A stretch of 64,000 nt of DNA from Amoebidium appalachense (lineage: Eukaryota; Protista; Ichthyosporea): positions 6,086,830 through 6,150,829 of the forward strand of contig CAVNZM010000008.1 of the NCBI GenBank assembly GCA_963693365.1, in the 5' to 3' direction. The notes beneath the pieces are model-generated. The model made no database searches and was not told the origin of the DNA. It saw nothing but the letters and a program-made list of their open reading frames with translations. Both the position numbers and the translations under genes were made by a program. This document shows, piece by piece, positions 11,278-23,140 of the stretch (its first letter is position 1; every line of letters begins with the position of its first letter).

Positions 11278-11485
11278 AAGGGGGGGGGGGGGGGGGGGGG
11301 GGGTGAGGCTGTGCTCTCCCTCTTTGATCGGTATTTTGGTTGTGAGAAACCCCTATATGGCCCTGTCAGTGATTTGCACGCCAAACAGTTAACACTGAAC
11401 ATGCTTGTGTGGGACTTCCCCACGTTCACCCCCCACCCCAATCCCCCCCCCCCCCCCCCTCCTCCTCCTCCCCCCCCCCAACTTG

Positions 11486-11537
<52 letters not shown>

Positions 11538-13303
11538 CCCATTCAAAAGCCTTTCTCCCATCGGGACCTTCACCACTTCTCCCAGTGCCTGGCAGCGCTA
11601 CAATGCCACATGGACTGTGCCTGCCGGGGTCTTCCGTGCATGTGTTGCGTTCAAGAGCGTGGCAACCCCTGCTATCCCTAACCCGGACACAGGAAATCTC
11701 ATTGACGATGTCGTGTTTTCTCCTGTCCGCTGCAAACTACGTACGTCCTCCCTTGCTTCCCCTTCCCTTCCCGGCCCTCCCTACTACCCTCCTTGTATCA
11801 CACGTAAACACTCTACCTGCCAAGATGGATATGTTTAGAAGTCTGGCCTCTCTCCCCCTCGTCGGTACATAGTGACTCATTCACATGTTCTTTTTTTTGT
11901 TTATCTTTCACTCCTCTGAATTATGCACTAGCTCTTTTAGTGGTAGTAGCATAGGCAATCAAAGCCTCACTCCCCCCCTCCTCCCTCCCCCCCCCTCCGG
12001 CTGCAACATCTCAGAATTCTCTGGGTTTATATTTGCTCAGCTCAAATCCCTGCCCCACCCCCCACGTGATTGCTTGATGTATAGCGAATGCACAACAACT
12101 TCCTTTTTCTTGTTGGCAATTTCAGTGGTTGGTGATTTCTGGATTGTTTGATTCATCATTTGTGTTGGTCATCTACTGAAGCTTCAGCTTAGAAGTTTTG
12201 CTATGCCTACCTTCAATCTTTCTCCACCAGGACCCCTCTCCTCTTCAATTCTTTCACTCCCTCCATTGCCACTCCCCCCCCCCCCCCCCCCCCAAAAAAA
12301 AAAAAAAAAAAAAAAAAGAAGAAGAAGCAACCACCACCACTACTACCCACACACCCAACTATCCACGTTGGCACAAAAAAATTAGAACAGCACCACACAA
12401 GTCTTTCACAAATTACATTAAACATCTGGCACGCACAGTAACGCTGCACTATACCCACCATCGCCAACCTGCACCTGCTTTCACTCTCTGATTAATACTG
12501 ACCAAAATGCACAGCGGCCGACTCCTGCAGTGCAAATACACACAACTGCCATGCGCAAGCAAGCTGCCTTTCAACGTCGGACTCATTCACGTGCACGTGC
12601 AACGGCGGATACGTCGGCGATGGCGTCACCTGTCAGGGTAAGAGCCAGTATTGACCCACCTACATGTCGCAATGCATTTTGGGTTTCCAAAGTTTGGAGG
12701 TTGCTCAATAATGTGATTATGAAAGCTATTAATGCCACGGTAGTCAAAAAAGACATACATGGCTACCCAAGATTATTGTGTTCTTCCAGGTATATTTTCA
12801 TTCACTGATTGCCAGTATGTTGTGAAATATAAGAGTAAATTTGGGAAGATGTGCGCAAGATGTAGCCCCAGCTGCTTCACATTTTTGTTCACATTAGGTC
12901 TGAGAAGGGATTCGTACATCTTTTCTTCATAGCACTCATACTCACAATTGCCTTTAAACCTCCACAGCGCTGGCACCCAACACCTTCCCATCCTGCACTG
13001 ACAACGCCTATAACATTCTTAACGGTGGCTTCGAGAGCCCCATCATGCAGAACGGGACAGTTATGATTGAGGACCAACGCTTTATTCCCTACTGGCGCAG
13101 CACGGAGTCCAACATTGAGATGTGGAGCAGCGTGTTCCTTAACACAACTGCCCCCGAGGGACGGCAGTTTGCTGAGATCCAGGCCTACCAGTACAGCATG
13201 CTCTATCAGGACATCAGCGTGATCCCTGGGGACACCCTCTACTTTGCCTTTTCCCACAAGGGCCGCAATGGCAACGACACTTTGGCTGTTACCATTGGTG
13301 ATG

Positions 13304-13349
<46 letters not shown>

Positions 13350-15333
13350 GGCCCCCCTCTCCCCTTCCCCCTTCCCCTTTCCCCCTTCCAATCGGCATGT
13401 GTGATTGTAACTAACTTAGTCTATTCAGCCTGTGACAGTCCAACCTATTCTTTCATTAATACCGTTTAACGTTAACGTATGTGCAACCCCCTCCCCCCCT
13501 CTAGTACATCTTTGTGGCTTTTCAGTGTTTCTATTCCGAACCGCTCCCCCCCCCCCCCTCCCCCCCCCCATTTTTTTTGCAAAGCTTTACTTGTCCCTTG
13601 CCTCCCAACTTAGTCTGTCATCGCCACTCATGTCTCCCTCGCCAAATGCAGGCCCAGCCACCAACATGGTTGAGCTTGGCCGGTTCACGACATCCCCGGC
13701 TGCATGGCGGCGCTACAACGTCACATGGACCGTCCCTGCTGATGTCTATCGTGCACGAGTCGGTTTCAAGGCCATTCCAAGGCTGGGCTTCTCAGCCAGT
13801 ATTGGAAACTTTATCGATGATATTGTGCTGACACCTGCTCGCTGTTTGCCTGGTGCGTATCCCATGCCATCATGATGCATGTTTGGTTCAACAGCTTGGT
13901 ATGTACCACTTTCTTCCTGTTGACTGATAATTCATTGTTTCGTGTAATGTATCAGAAAGAAACCCTCTGCAGTTGCTTGGCAATCTATAATGAATTCAAG
14001 TTGGGCCCGCAGACAGATCCTGACGTGATCGGAGCTGGCACCTTTTTTGTGCTTCTCACGTTCCCGAAGCTAGATCATGTAGCATCTGTATCAGAATTCA
14101 GTCCAAAGCAATTGAGATTTTACCGTGCATGTGGGGCTGATTAGCTAATTTGATTGCCTGATCCAGCTTCGAGGTCGTGTATTCTGTAAACTCCATCAGT
14201 CATAATATGTGGACTCTATGATGAGTCAAAAATGATGGCCCCATGATTTTGCTAACCCATACGTCACCGCAGGTGCGGATGAGTGCTTGCTGGGAACCCA
14301 TAAATGCGCCTCCACTGCCTCGTGTGTTGACACGGCCAGTTCCTACACGTGTCAGTGCAACGGCGGCCATGTGGGCGACGGCACCACGTGCACAGGTATG
14401 TTTCTTTGGTGTTTCAGGTTGTTCTGGATATGTTTGGTATTAGGGTCTGAGGCAGCATTTCCCTGCTTACTGTGGATAATGAAGGTGGCAGGATGAAAGT
14501 TTATGACGTCAATGATCATGCCGCTGCTGGAGTTCGGCTTTTATTGCCGTTCTCTCAGTTTAATAAATGACGTGCCGAGAAAGCATCGTACATTACCCTA
14601 CTGCAGTGATTTTTTTATTTTTGGGGGGGGGGAGGGAGAGGAGGGGGGGGGTTGTTCGGGGAGGGCCCCAGGCTGGTCCCATTCAGACCCCAAAGGTTGC
14701 CTTTGTCGTTCAGTCTACTCTCACCCCCTCTTTATATCCCCTTTCCCCTCCCTTTTTCCTTCTTCACAAACCCAAAAGCAAACCATCCTTCATCCAATCT
14801 TTACCGTGGCTTCTCGATGTGCTGACACAAAGTTGTCGACCGCAGCCCTAGGGCCCAACGAGGTGCCACCCTGCAATGTCACCTACTACAGCATCTCCAA
14901 TGGCGGTTTCGAGTTCCCCGTCATCAACAACAACTCGGTTTCCATCTTCGACGACAAGACAGTCACCAGCTGGCGCAGCACAGAGTCCAAGGTGGAGCTG
15001 TGGTCTACCTCATTTCTCAACACAAACGCACCTGAAGGTCGGCAGTTTGCTGAGATCCAGGCGTACCAGTACAGCATGCTCTATCAAGACATCAGCGTGT
15101 TGCCTGGAGACACTTTGTTGTTTTCGTTTGCTCACAAGGGCCGTAATGGGAATGATACGTTGAATGTGACGATTGGTAAGTTGCTATGACATATCCCTTT
15201 AAAAGAGTCCGATTTTTGATATGGCAAGAACGGATTAGAAATTCGAAAGTCACTCGTTTCAATGAACACACATCTAGCCACAAACACACCTAAACACACA
15301 CACATACACACACACACACGACACACACACACA

Positions 15334-15372
<39 letters not shown>

Positions 15373-18300
15373 GGTTGTGCTAGGCCGTCTCCGGCACTGG
15401 TCTATTCACTCGGAAGCTGTTTGTTGGTTCTATTATTACAGACCAAACTTGTACAGGTCAGCATCATTGAATCACACAAACAATCCCAGGCTGACATATA
15501 CCCACACAAACGCACAGGTGCGGTCACCAACATGAGCACCTTGGGCCAGTCGCACACATCGATTCAGTCGCACACATCGATTCAGTCGCACACATCGATT
15601 CAGTCGCACACATCGATTCAGTCGCACACATCGATTCAGTCGCACACATCGATTCAGTCGCACACATCGATTCAAATGTCGCTCTTTATTATCTGCTAAT
15701 AAATAGTATCCTTCGCGCATCCACCCCTAAACCAGGCCATCCGTGGCCCTAAGGGCCGGGGAACACCCCCATCCATGTCATGGCACATGCCTATAATCGT
15801 TTCAGAACCTCTTTCAAAGTTCCATCTACACCCATCACACATGTGCGACCATTAAAACGTCCAGCAGATACACCTACCACAGATGCACAACCAGAAAAAC
15901 ATCGCCTTAGACTAAGCGCAACACCTATTTACAATACACTACCCATTCAGAATAACACCACACCACTCCGTAGAAACACAATAACAACCATGCCGAAACT
16001 TTCGGTTGATACAGTACTGGCAGAACTTGCCCTCGTTAAGAAACAGCTAAATGAGCTGTTACCACTCAAGAACATGATAGAAAAACTCCAAACAGAAAAT
16101 ACCCAACTCAAGCTCACCATTGATTCACTCACAGCCCAGCTAAACATTAGTGGATCGCAAAACCCCAAAACTCATGAGCAAACATCTCGCGACGGAGACA
16201 TTTCCACCCCAACACAAAACAACACAGGACCGGAAGCACAGCTCCCGGCAGAGTTCCTAGAATATGCGAACTCTCGTAAAACACCCGAGCTCCGCCAAAT
16301 TGCCAAGGAAACATATGCCAGCATTCTTGCAGGCAACGAGTACCGCCGCAACTCCCCTCCCAAACCGCCGGCTAAGGGGAACACCCAAGCAAACGGTAAC
16401 ATCAACATCCCACCCAAATACGAGAGGGTGTATTTCAAAGTCAAGCACGGCAGACGCCCACACAGGGCCATCTGGTCCATCTTCAAGGCTCTCGGCTTCC
16501 GGTGCTCTCGCATCCTTTGTCTGTCCTTCATTGGATACGATGTGCTGGAAGTAGCAGTACGGGGCGACTATAACCGTGCGTTCATCCGTGACGCGACAAA
16601 GGGGTGTGGAAGCTTCTTCACCCACCTCCCAAGCTACGACCCATGCGCGCCGGAAAACATTCAGAAAGCAGACAAAGAACGTAAAGTGTCTGCTAAGAAT
16701 GCGTGCGCCACACGTTGTCGTGTACGCATCAGCAAGGCAAAAGAGTTCCTCGCAAAGTTGGAAAACGATGCTACGAGCGTGATAGACACGGACACGAAGG
16801 AACCAATGTTTTCTGGTGAGAAACTGCTCGAGCGCAAACGCCGATGCGAGATGGAAATCGAGCTCTTCTGCGAACTGTTCGCGCTGGCGGAAGGTCGTGC
16901 ATACGACCCCGTAAGCGACAAGTGGGAACCAACCCCACAGGTGTCGGACCAAACCGATGCCTAATTTATCCTTCTTCTTCTGGAATGCTCGGACACTGGG
17001 CCCCCAAAAGGGCCTCCCCCCCGGGACACTCGACGATAAAATCAGCTACATACAACAACAGACAAACAACCACACGTTTACAGTGATTTGCGAAACACAG
17101 TTTAAAAACCACCACAAATTCAACTCTACATTGGTCGACACATCCACACACCCCGGTTACGCGAAAAACCGAGGCATTATTGTACTTGCCGCACCACACG
17201 TGAGAGTGAAGTGCAAACCGGTAGCAAAAACGGAATTCTCGGTTTCTATAGAGTTTCTTTCTAATGTTTTTTACTTTTGTATATTACCCACCATCTATGT
17301 CGGTTGTCGAATTGACTCACGAGTTGTCACAGTTACCAATGTCCACTGTTATTTTAGGTGATTTTAACACGCGACTCCACCACACAGACACACTGCAAGT
17401 GAGTGTCGGGTACCCATCTAAGCCCCCGGAGCGTGCTATCCCTTTGGCAAGGTATGTCCAAAGTCACACTTTGCGGTTCCCTCAAATATCCCATGCCCAC
17501 AACACCGACTGGGGAGTGGCCTTTTGGCCATCAACCATGTCAAAACTCTCTCTCCCTCCTAACCTCTCTAGGTCATCTGACCACTCTCCTATCCTTTTCC
17601 TACCTAAGATCTCCCTTGATCTGCTCCCCCCTCCCCCTCCCACCTTTCGCCTCCGTCTATCCCAGCTTAAGTCACAGTGGGGTAGAGTTGATGTATGTGT
17701 ATGCTATGCTACGAAACACCCTATATATATGCGCCTATTAGAATCTGCACAAGCCAGGCCAGATTCACATCTCGTACTAGATACATGCACTAACTTTATT
17801 GTTGATGATTTGATAGATCTCGGTGATTATGCTGGCGGTGGTAGGAAGGAATATCCCGATGCTCTCTTGTTACCAAACACCACTCCCGCTAGACTAGGTG
17901 AACCCCTGTCTCAAAAGGAAAGCTTGCGCCGGCTTGCTAGTATGAATCGATTTGGCCCCCCTGCTCGTATTATTGGTGATACCACTGGAGACCCCCTCAT
18001 AGACTCTGATAAGTATTTCTCGGAACTGTTTAAAGATAGGACCCCCGCTCAGAAACCTATTGTGTGGCCTGTAGACCCATCTATCCCCATAGAATCGATC
18101 CTCCCCTTTTTCAGTCCCGATGCCATATGGTCTGTGATATCTAGTTATAGCTCTAGTAAGTCTTGTGGACCTGATGGACTCCCTGCTGGGTTTCTTAAAA
18201 TCCTTGTTCCCTCCTACCCACAAAAGGAAAGTGATCGTGCTATTAAACCTGATCTTACTATCATGTTAAGCTCTCTCTTTTCTTGGTGTGTTAAATGTGG

Positions 18301-20156
18301 ACATGTCCCGTCATCTTGGTTAGATACCTTAGTGATCCCCATAGTTAAGAAGGACTCTGAGGGCCCCATATCATCCTTTCGCCCCATTACACTAACCCAG
18401 GTTGTTCGTAGATTCTTTGAAGCTTGCTTACTTAGGTTATTTGCACATCACCCTAGGTTTCAATCTATTCTTCACATACACCCATGCCAATCCGCTTTTC
18501 GTAAAAACAATTCATGTTATGTTCAAATAATGGCACTGCACGATTCTATGCAAGTTGGTGCACAATATGTTGGCTTTATTGATTGGAAAACTGCTTACGA
18601 TTCTGTCTCCCCTGGTCTCCTATGGGAAAAGCTTGCTGCACGGGGTGTACCACACTGCATTGGTGTTCTGTTAGAAGCACTCTTGTCTCAAACCTATGGT
18701 AGAGCTGTGGTTAATGGGCATCTTTCATATGGTTTTGCTCGTACTAGAGGTCTCTTGCAGGGTTCATTGCTTAGCCCCTTTTTGTTTAACCTATTTATAG
18801 ATGATTTGGCTGTCAAGATTTACGCCGAAAACGATGACCCTATTAATAACTTTCCGCCTGCACTTCTCTATGCTGATGATCTGTCCCTCCTTGCCCGTAC
18901 CCCTAGACGCCTGCAAAGATTGTTCGATGTAGTGTCAGAGTGGTGCAAGGCAAACCTTATGATCCTTAACATAGACAAATGTGGTGTTCTTGTACCTGAT
19001 ATAGCTAACAATTTACACACATTTACATTATCATCTAAACCTGTACCTATAGTTCCAGAATACAAATATCTTGGTGTTCCGGTTGATTCTGTTGGTGTTA
19101 TGTTTCCCCATATGGTCGAAAAGAGGGTAGAGTTGGCTCGTAAGCGGTTAGCTTTCTTCTCGGCTAATATTTTTAAAGACACACCCCTCCATCCTTCTAT
19201 TAGACTTACATTTATTCGCACTTTTGTCTTCCCGGCATGTGAATATGGTTTACCCCTTCTCGCCGCTTGGATCAAGAAAGAGAGAACTAGAGCGCTTAAA
19301 CCCTTGGCAAATTTCCTTGAAGCAGAAGTTGCCTCCTTTCTATCTAACAACTGTTGTAAACCTGGGCCTGTAACGCTCTCGATATATGGTCTGGTCCCAA
19401 TAGCTGCTAGAGTATCCTATCTCGCGCTGAAATTCAATAAGCACATAAGCCGCTTAAAGAAGTATTTGCCCTCCCACCCTCTCTTCTCTATCCGACCTGT
19501 CCCCTCCTCACCTCTCCCCTCTTTCCTCCCCTCTCTCTCCCCTTCTCCCCTGGGCACAAATACAAATAAACCCCGCAATAGTGTGTGTGTGACTTTGGAC
19601 TGCCACTTACTTATTAAACATGTACACAATCACAAGATAATCACGCAATATAACAAATGGAAAAAGATACCACACGACACTAGACCCGATGAAAGCATAC
19701 ACCTTGAAAAACTAAGCCTTATGTCTCGTTTTATATATACTGACCGCCTCAACCATATTGCCAAATATGGCACTCGCAAGTGTATAACACCTAAATACAT
19801 ATTACCTTCCTGTAGAACTGGTCTTTCTCTAGCTGATGGTATTATTGATCAATTACCACGCTTTTACTGTACACGTGCTATACAGTGGAGATCTAATAAG
19901 TATAAGGTGGCATCATTTGCATGCCCAAACAACACACACACACACCAGTTTAACCGGTCATGTATCGCCAAATGTAGTTTGATAGACCACATAATACCGC
20001 AACACACACACGTCACATTCACAACAGACACCCAGAAAGATAGCCTACCTGTAAATTACAACATCCTTGATTTTATACTAAACACGCGTAACTACGACCT
20101 GTTTATTAGATGTATTGATTGGCTTGAGAAACACATCACTACAAAATTATAGCGCA

Positions 20157-20223
<67 letters not shown>

Positions 20224-20255
20224 CCAGCTGATACCGAGTGTCCCGAGGGGAGCCC

Positions 20256-20309
<54 letters not shown>

Positions 20310-21168
20310 GGGGAACCCCAACTAATTGATTTCTCCTTGTAGTCTTTATGGTGTCTCGTAGAGAAAGTAAACCCTGATATATAGTCACCACCCGACATCT
20401 ATGTACGTGATCATGATATACCGCTGAGGGGATATTCCGAGCAAACCCCCCCCCCCCATACCTGAGACTGGTTCTCTTTGCCTCGAGTAAACAGCGTAAA
20501 CCCCTTCACCACATCACCTGCAGCCTGGCGGCGCTACAACGTCACATGGACGGCGCCTCAGGGGGTGTTCCGTGCTCGCCTGGGCTTCCAGGCCGTGCCT
20601 CCACTCGGCACTCTCCCGTCCAGCACAGGCAACCTGATTGACGATGTCAGCCTCATCCCCCTTCGCTGCATCTACGGTGAGTCCCCCAACCCTTACTCGG
20701 TTCACACAGACACTCAATTGAACCCGATGGCATTGCTGTTTCGGTGGGACACGCACAAACTAGACTGCGAACCATGGTTTGGGGCTAGAATTGTTGGCCG
20801 CAGGCACAGGTTTAGCCTATGATTGGTACATAATAGAATAATATTAAGTTAAACGCATACACACACCGTGCGACATACATTTGAAGTCCTTTCAGGCCGA
20901 AGACTTCTAATCGTCGTTGCTAACGGGATCATACCCCCCCCCCCCCCCCCAAAAAAAAAAAAAAAAAAAAAAGAAAGGAAATGAAGAAAGAGAAAGAAAG
21001 AAGAAGAAAACGGAAAAGCACTCCTCAGTGCTGCACAAGCATGTGCCCTTGCCAATATCTCCAAAATCAAATATACGACAACAAAGCATAATACTGAGGT
21101 ACATGCACGCAAACACACACACGCACACGCACACACACACACATACACACACACACGCGCGCGCGCGC

Positions 21169-21257
<89 letters not shown>

Positions 21258-21262
21258 TGACA

Positions 21263-21294
<32 letters not shown>

Positions 21295-21519
21295 GCACCC
21301 TCCAAGGTTCTCGAGAACTTTGGCTGCCTCAATACTCCGCTTGTTTCTACTACCACTGCCGACACGCCAGCGTGTGCCATGCGATGCAAAACAGACGCAG
21401 CGTGCCAACGGTTCACCTACTCAGCAACGACCAAGGCATGCAAGACATATGACGTGTGTACCCAGCCCGACCCCTCCGCCCAAGGCACCGACATGTACCA
21501 ATTTATGGCGGTCCGTTAG
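9119..21519 (+). CDS. Modular extracellular-type protein: repeats of a CBM/DUF642-like beta-sandwich plus EGF-like domain, C-terminal PAN/apple domain. 5' end lies outside the window; probably disrupted
   Basis: GT-AG exons, all with phase-1 introns: 9119-9325, 10202-10324 (EGF), 10678-11013, 11537-11740, 12515-12637 (EGF), 12968-13297, 13652-13852, 14273-14395 (EGF), 14846-15175, 15518-15549 + 20505-20676 (split by the LINE), 21296-21519 (PAN, CAMRCKTDAACQRFTYSATTKAC, TAG). Confidence 0.88.
15547..15672 (+). repeat. 7 x 18-bp perfect tandem repeat CAGTCGCACACATCGATT at the LINE 5' end
   Basis: Read directly from the sequence. Confidence 0.97.
15780..16964 (+). CDS. LINE ORF1 protein with coiled coil
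   Basis: 394-aa ORF with heptads (LALVKKQLNEL...LKLTIDSL) immediately upstream of ORF2, overlapping it by ATGCCTAA. Confidence 0.85.
   Translation: MAHAYNRFRTSFKVPSTPITHVRPLKRPADTPTTDAQPEKHRLRLSATPIYNTLPIQNNTTPLRRNTITTMPKLSVDTVLAELALVKKQLNELLPLKNMIEKLQTENTQLKLTIDSLTAQLNISGSQNPKTHEQTSRDGDISTPTQNNTGPEAQLPAEFLEYANSRKTPELRQIAKETYASILAGNEYRRNSPPKPPAKGNTQANGNINIPPKYERVYFKVKHGRRPHRAIWSIFKALGFRCSRILCLSFIGYDVLEVAVRGDYNRAFIRDATKGCGSFFTHLPSYDPCAPENIQKADKERKVSAKNACATRCRVRISKAKEFLAKLENDATSVIDTDTKEPMFSGEKLLERKRRCEMEIELFCELFALAEGRAYDPVSDKWEPTPQVSDQTDA
16957..20152 (+). CDS. LINE ORF2 (APE endonuclease + reverse transcriptase), frameshifted in a T6 run near 17267-17272
   Basis: APE motifs FWNAR, ICETQ, ILGDFN, SDHSPI. 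RT motifs GPDG, FRPITL, QSAFR, FIDWKTAYDSV, GLLQGSLLSPFLFN, LYADD, YKYLG. Removing one T fuses the 134-aa and 962-aa ORFs. Confidence 0.93.
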
Positions 21520-21652
21520 GCTGCCAGACACTTTGGTGGCTCTTTGATTCGATTGATTTTAAGAGCCTATGGTATTGCGATTCAATCACTGGTGCCTGAA
21601 TGTTTATGTTTTGAGGCAGTCCGAGAGAAGGCGTATCTTGATAACTCCACAT

Positions 21653-22306
21653 CTATGAAAACTACTCCGGGACGTGTGTTGCCTCTAGGGGGACATCCCC
21701 TTAATCGAAAGTGAACCTGCAATTGTTGTAAACCACGGCAAGCCCCCAGTCATCAATTTATTGATCCGTGAGGTCCTTGTGCCCAAAAAATGGGGGAAGT
21801 CTTCGCCCCGTGAAAAAACAGCACGTATGTGTGGATCAATGGGGGTTGAGTGTGGGTGTAGGTGGGTGGGTGAAAAGAAAATATAGCTGTAAGGGCTGTA
21901 GGTGCTCAACACAAAAGATGTGTTTGTAGCTTACTGATCTGCTAAAAACTGTCGTGCTTATATACCTAAGCCTACCGATCCGAGCCAATCAAAATTGATC
22001 TAGTGATATGTGAAATCTGATCCGAGCCAATCAAAATCGGTCTAGTGATATGTGGAATCTGACGTTTTGATTGGCTAATAGGTGCCCGTGTGCGGGCAGC
22101 CAACCGCGAACTGCTAAAACACGAAACGAAGCCTACATGGTTATGTCGATACCGAACACCCATCCTACGTGTTTACCCAGAAAAATGTTTATGTCAATAA
22201 ATCCCACAAATAAAACCTCTATGAAAACTACTCCGGGACGTGTGTTGCCTCTAGGGGGACATCCCCTTGGACGAAAGTGAACCTGCAATGGTTGTAAACC
22301 ACGGCA
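21653..22306. repeat. Pair of ~90-bp direct repeats (split-direct-repeat-like) enclosing a 2 x 42-bp CCAAT repeat
   Basis: CTATGAAAACTACTCCGGGACG...AACCACGGCA occurs twice. GATCCGAGCCAATCAAAA occurs twice at ~21977-22060. Confidence 0.9.
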
Positions 22307-22334
22307 CGAGATTAGTATGCTTGCTCCAAAGGTT

Positions 22335-23140
22335 TCACTTAAGAATAGAGGCGAATACACGTTTGGTAGTGGCAGCAATGGAGGCCGGGCGAAGTCGAGT
22401 ATAGATCAGGAAACAGTCGGAGGACCATCTGCCGAGTTGTTTGATCCGGGAGTCGTCGACCCCGGCCTCAGCCAGGGCTGTGGCCCCCCCAATTCGGAGG
22501 CTGTGGCCGGCAAACCGGGAGGGTGAGAGGCCAGCCCGTGAGAGGAGGGCACGGAAGTCGGCAGAGAAAGCACCCTTGGTGTAGGGAATGCCACCGAGAC
22601 TGAACAGGGGGTCGTCGGGTTGACCGGACGTTGTATCCAGGAACTGCCGGAGGATATGGGGGAGAAGTGGGTGAGAGGCAGGGCAGCTAGGGTGACGTTG
22701 ACACCTCGGGCCTGTACATCCATCTTGGAGGTTGGCAGGTGGAGGGTGGCATGGGACAAAGTACCGGTGGGGGTGTAGCTGAAGGTCACGTCCTTCCGTT
22801 TAACGTGACGGGACGGGTCGAAGGAAGCCAGGGTCTTGGAGGTAAATTCCCCCGAACGGAGGAGACCACAAAAACCGACGATGAGGACCGTCCATAGCCG
22901 GAGATTGGCCGAGGAGGCCTTGGTGGGGCACTGGCCATGGAGTAGGCCGAGGTGGGAGGGCAGGAGGGGCTCCCTGGTAGATGATCGGGGCCGGATGTTG
23001 TGAGAAAGCTGCCGTCTGCCCACCCCTTGTAGGAACCAGGCCAGGGACTTGTCGTGGGGGTAGGGAGCAGGGAGGCCCATGTCGAGGTGGAGTCTGGTGA
23101 TGGCCGAATTGTAGCCGGCCAAGGAAGAGGCCTGTACCCC
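22335..23140 (-). pseudogene. Tyrosine recombinase, frameshifted near 22670 and 5'-truncated
   Basis: GFCGLLRSGEF and LPTSKMD, then in a shifted frame GHSLRIGGATALAEAG...IKQLGRWSSDCFLIYTR. This gives the R, K, HxxR, W, Y catalytic set of DIRS-type YRs. Confidence 0.9.

Larger units (their letters stand above)
15547..20504 (+). mobile_element. Full-length non-LTR retrotransposon (LINE; ORF1 + APE-RT) inserted in a coding exon
   Basis: Interrupts ...MSTLGQ | FTTSPAAWRRY..., whose paralogous exon reads MVELGRFTTSPAAW. Two ORFs, 5' tandem repeats, a 3' (CA)n and an A-tract. No clear TSD. Confidence 0.93.

Noticed and set aside
15700-15780. Possible HDV-like ribozyme in the LINE 5' UTR
   Set aside because: Only simple hairpins; I could not build the nested double pseudoknot.
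22218-22306. Possible hammerhead ribozyme (GGACGAAAG) in the YR-element repeat
   Set aside because: No CUGANGA core or matching stem II on either strand.
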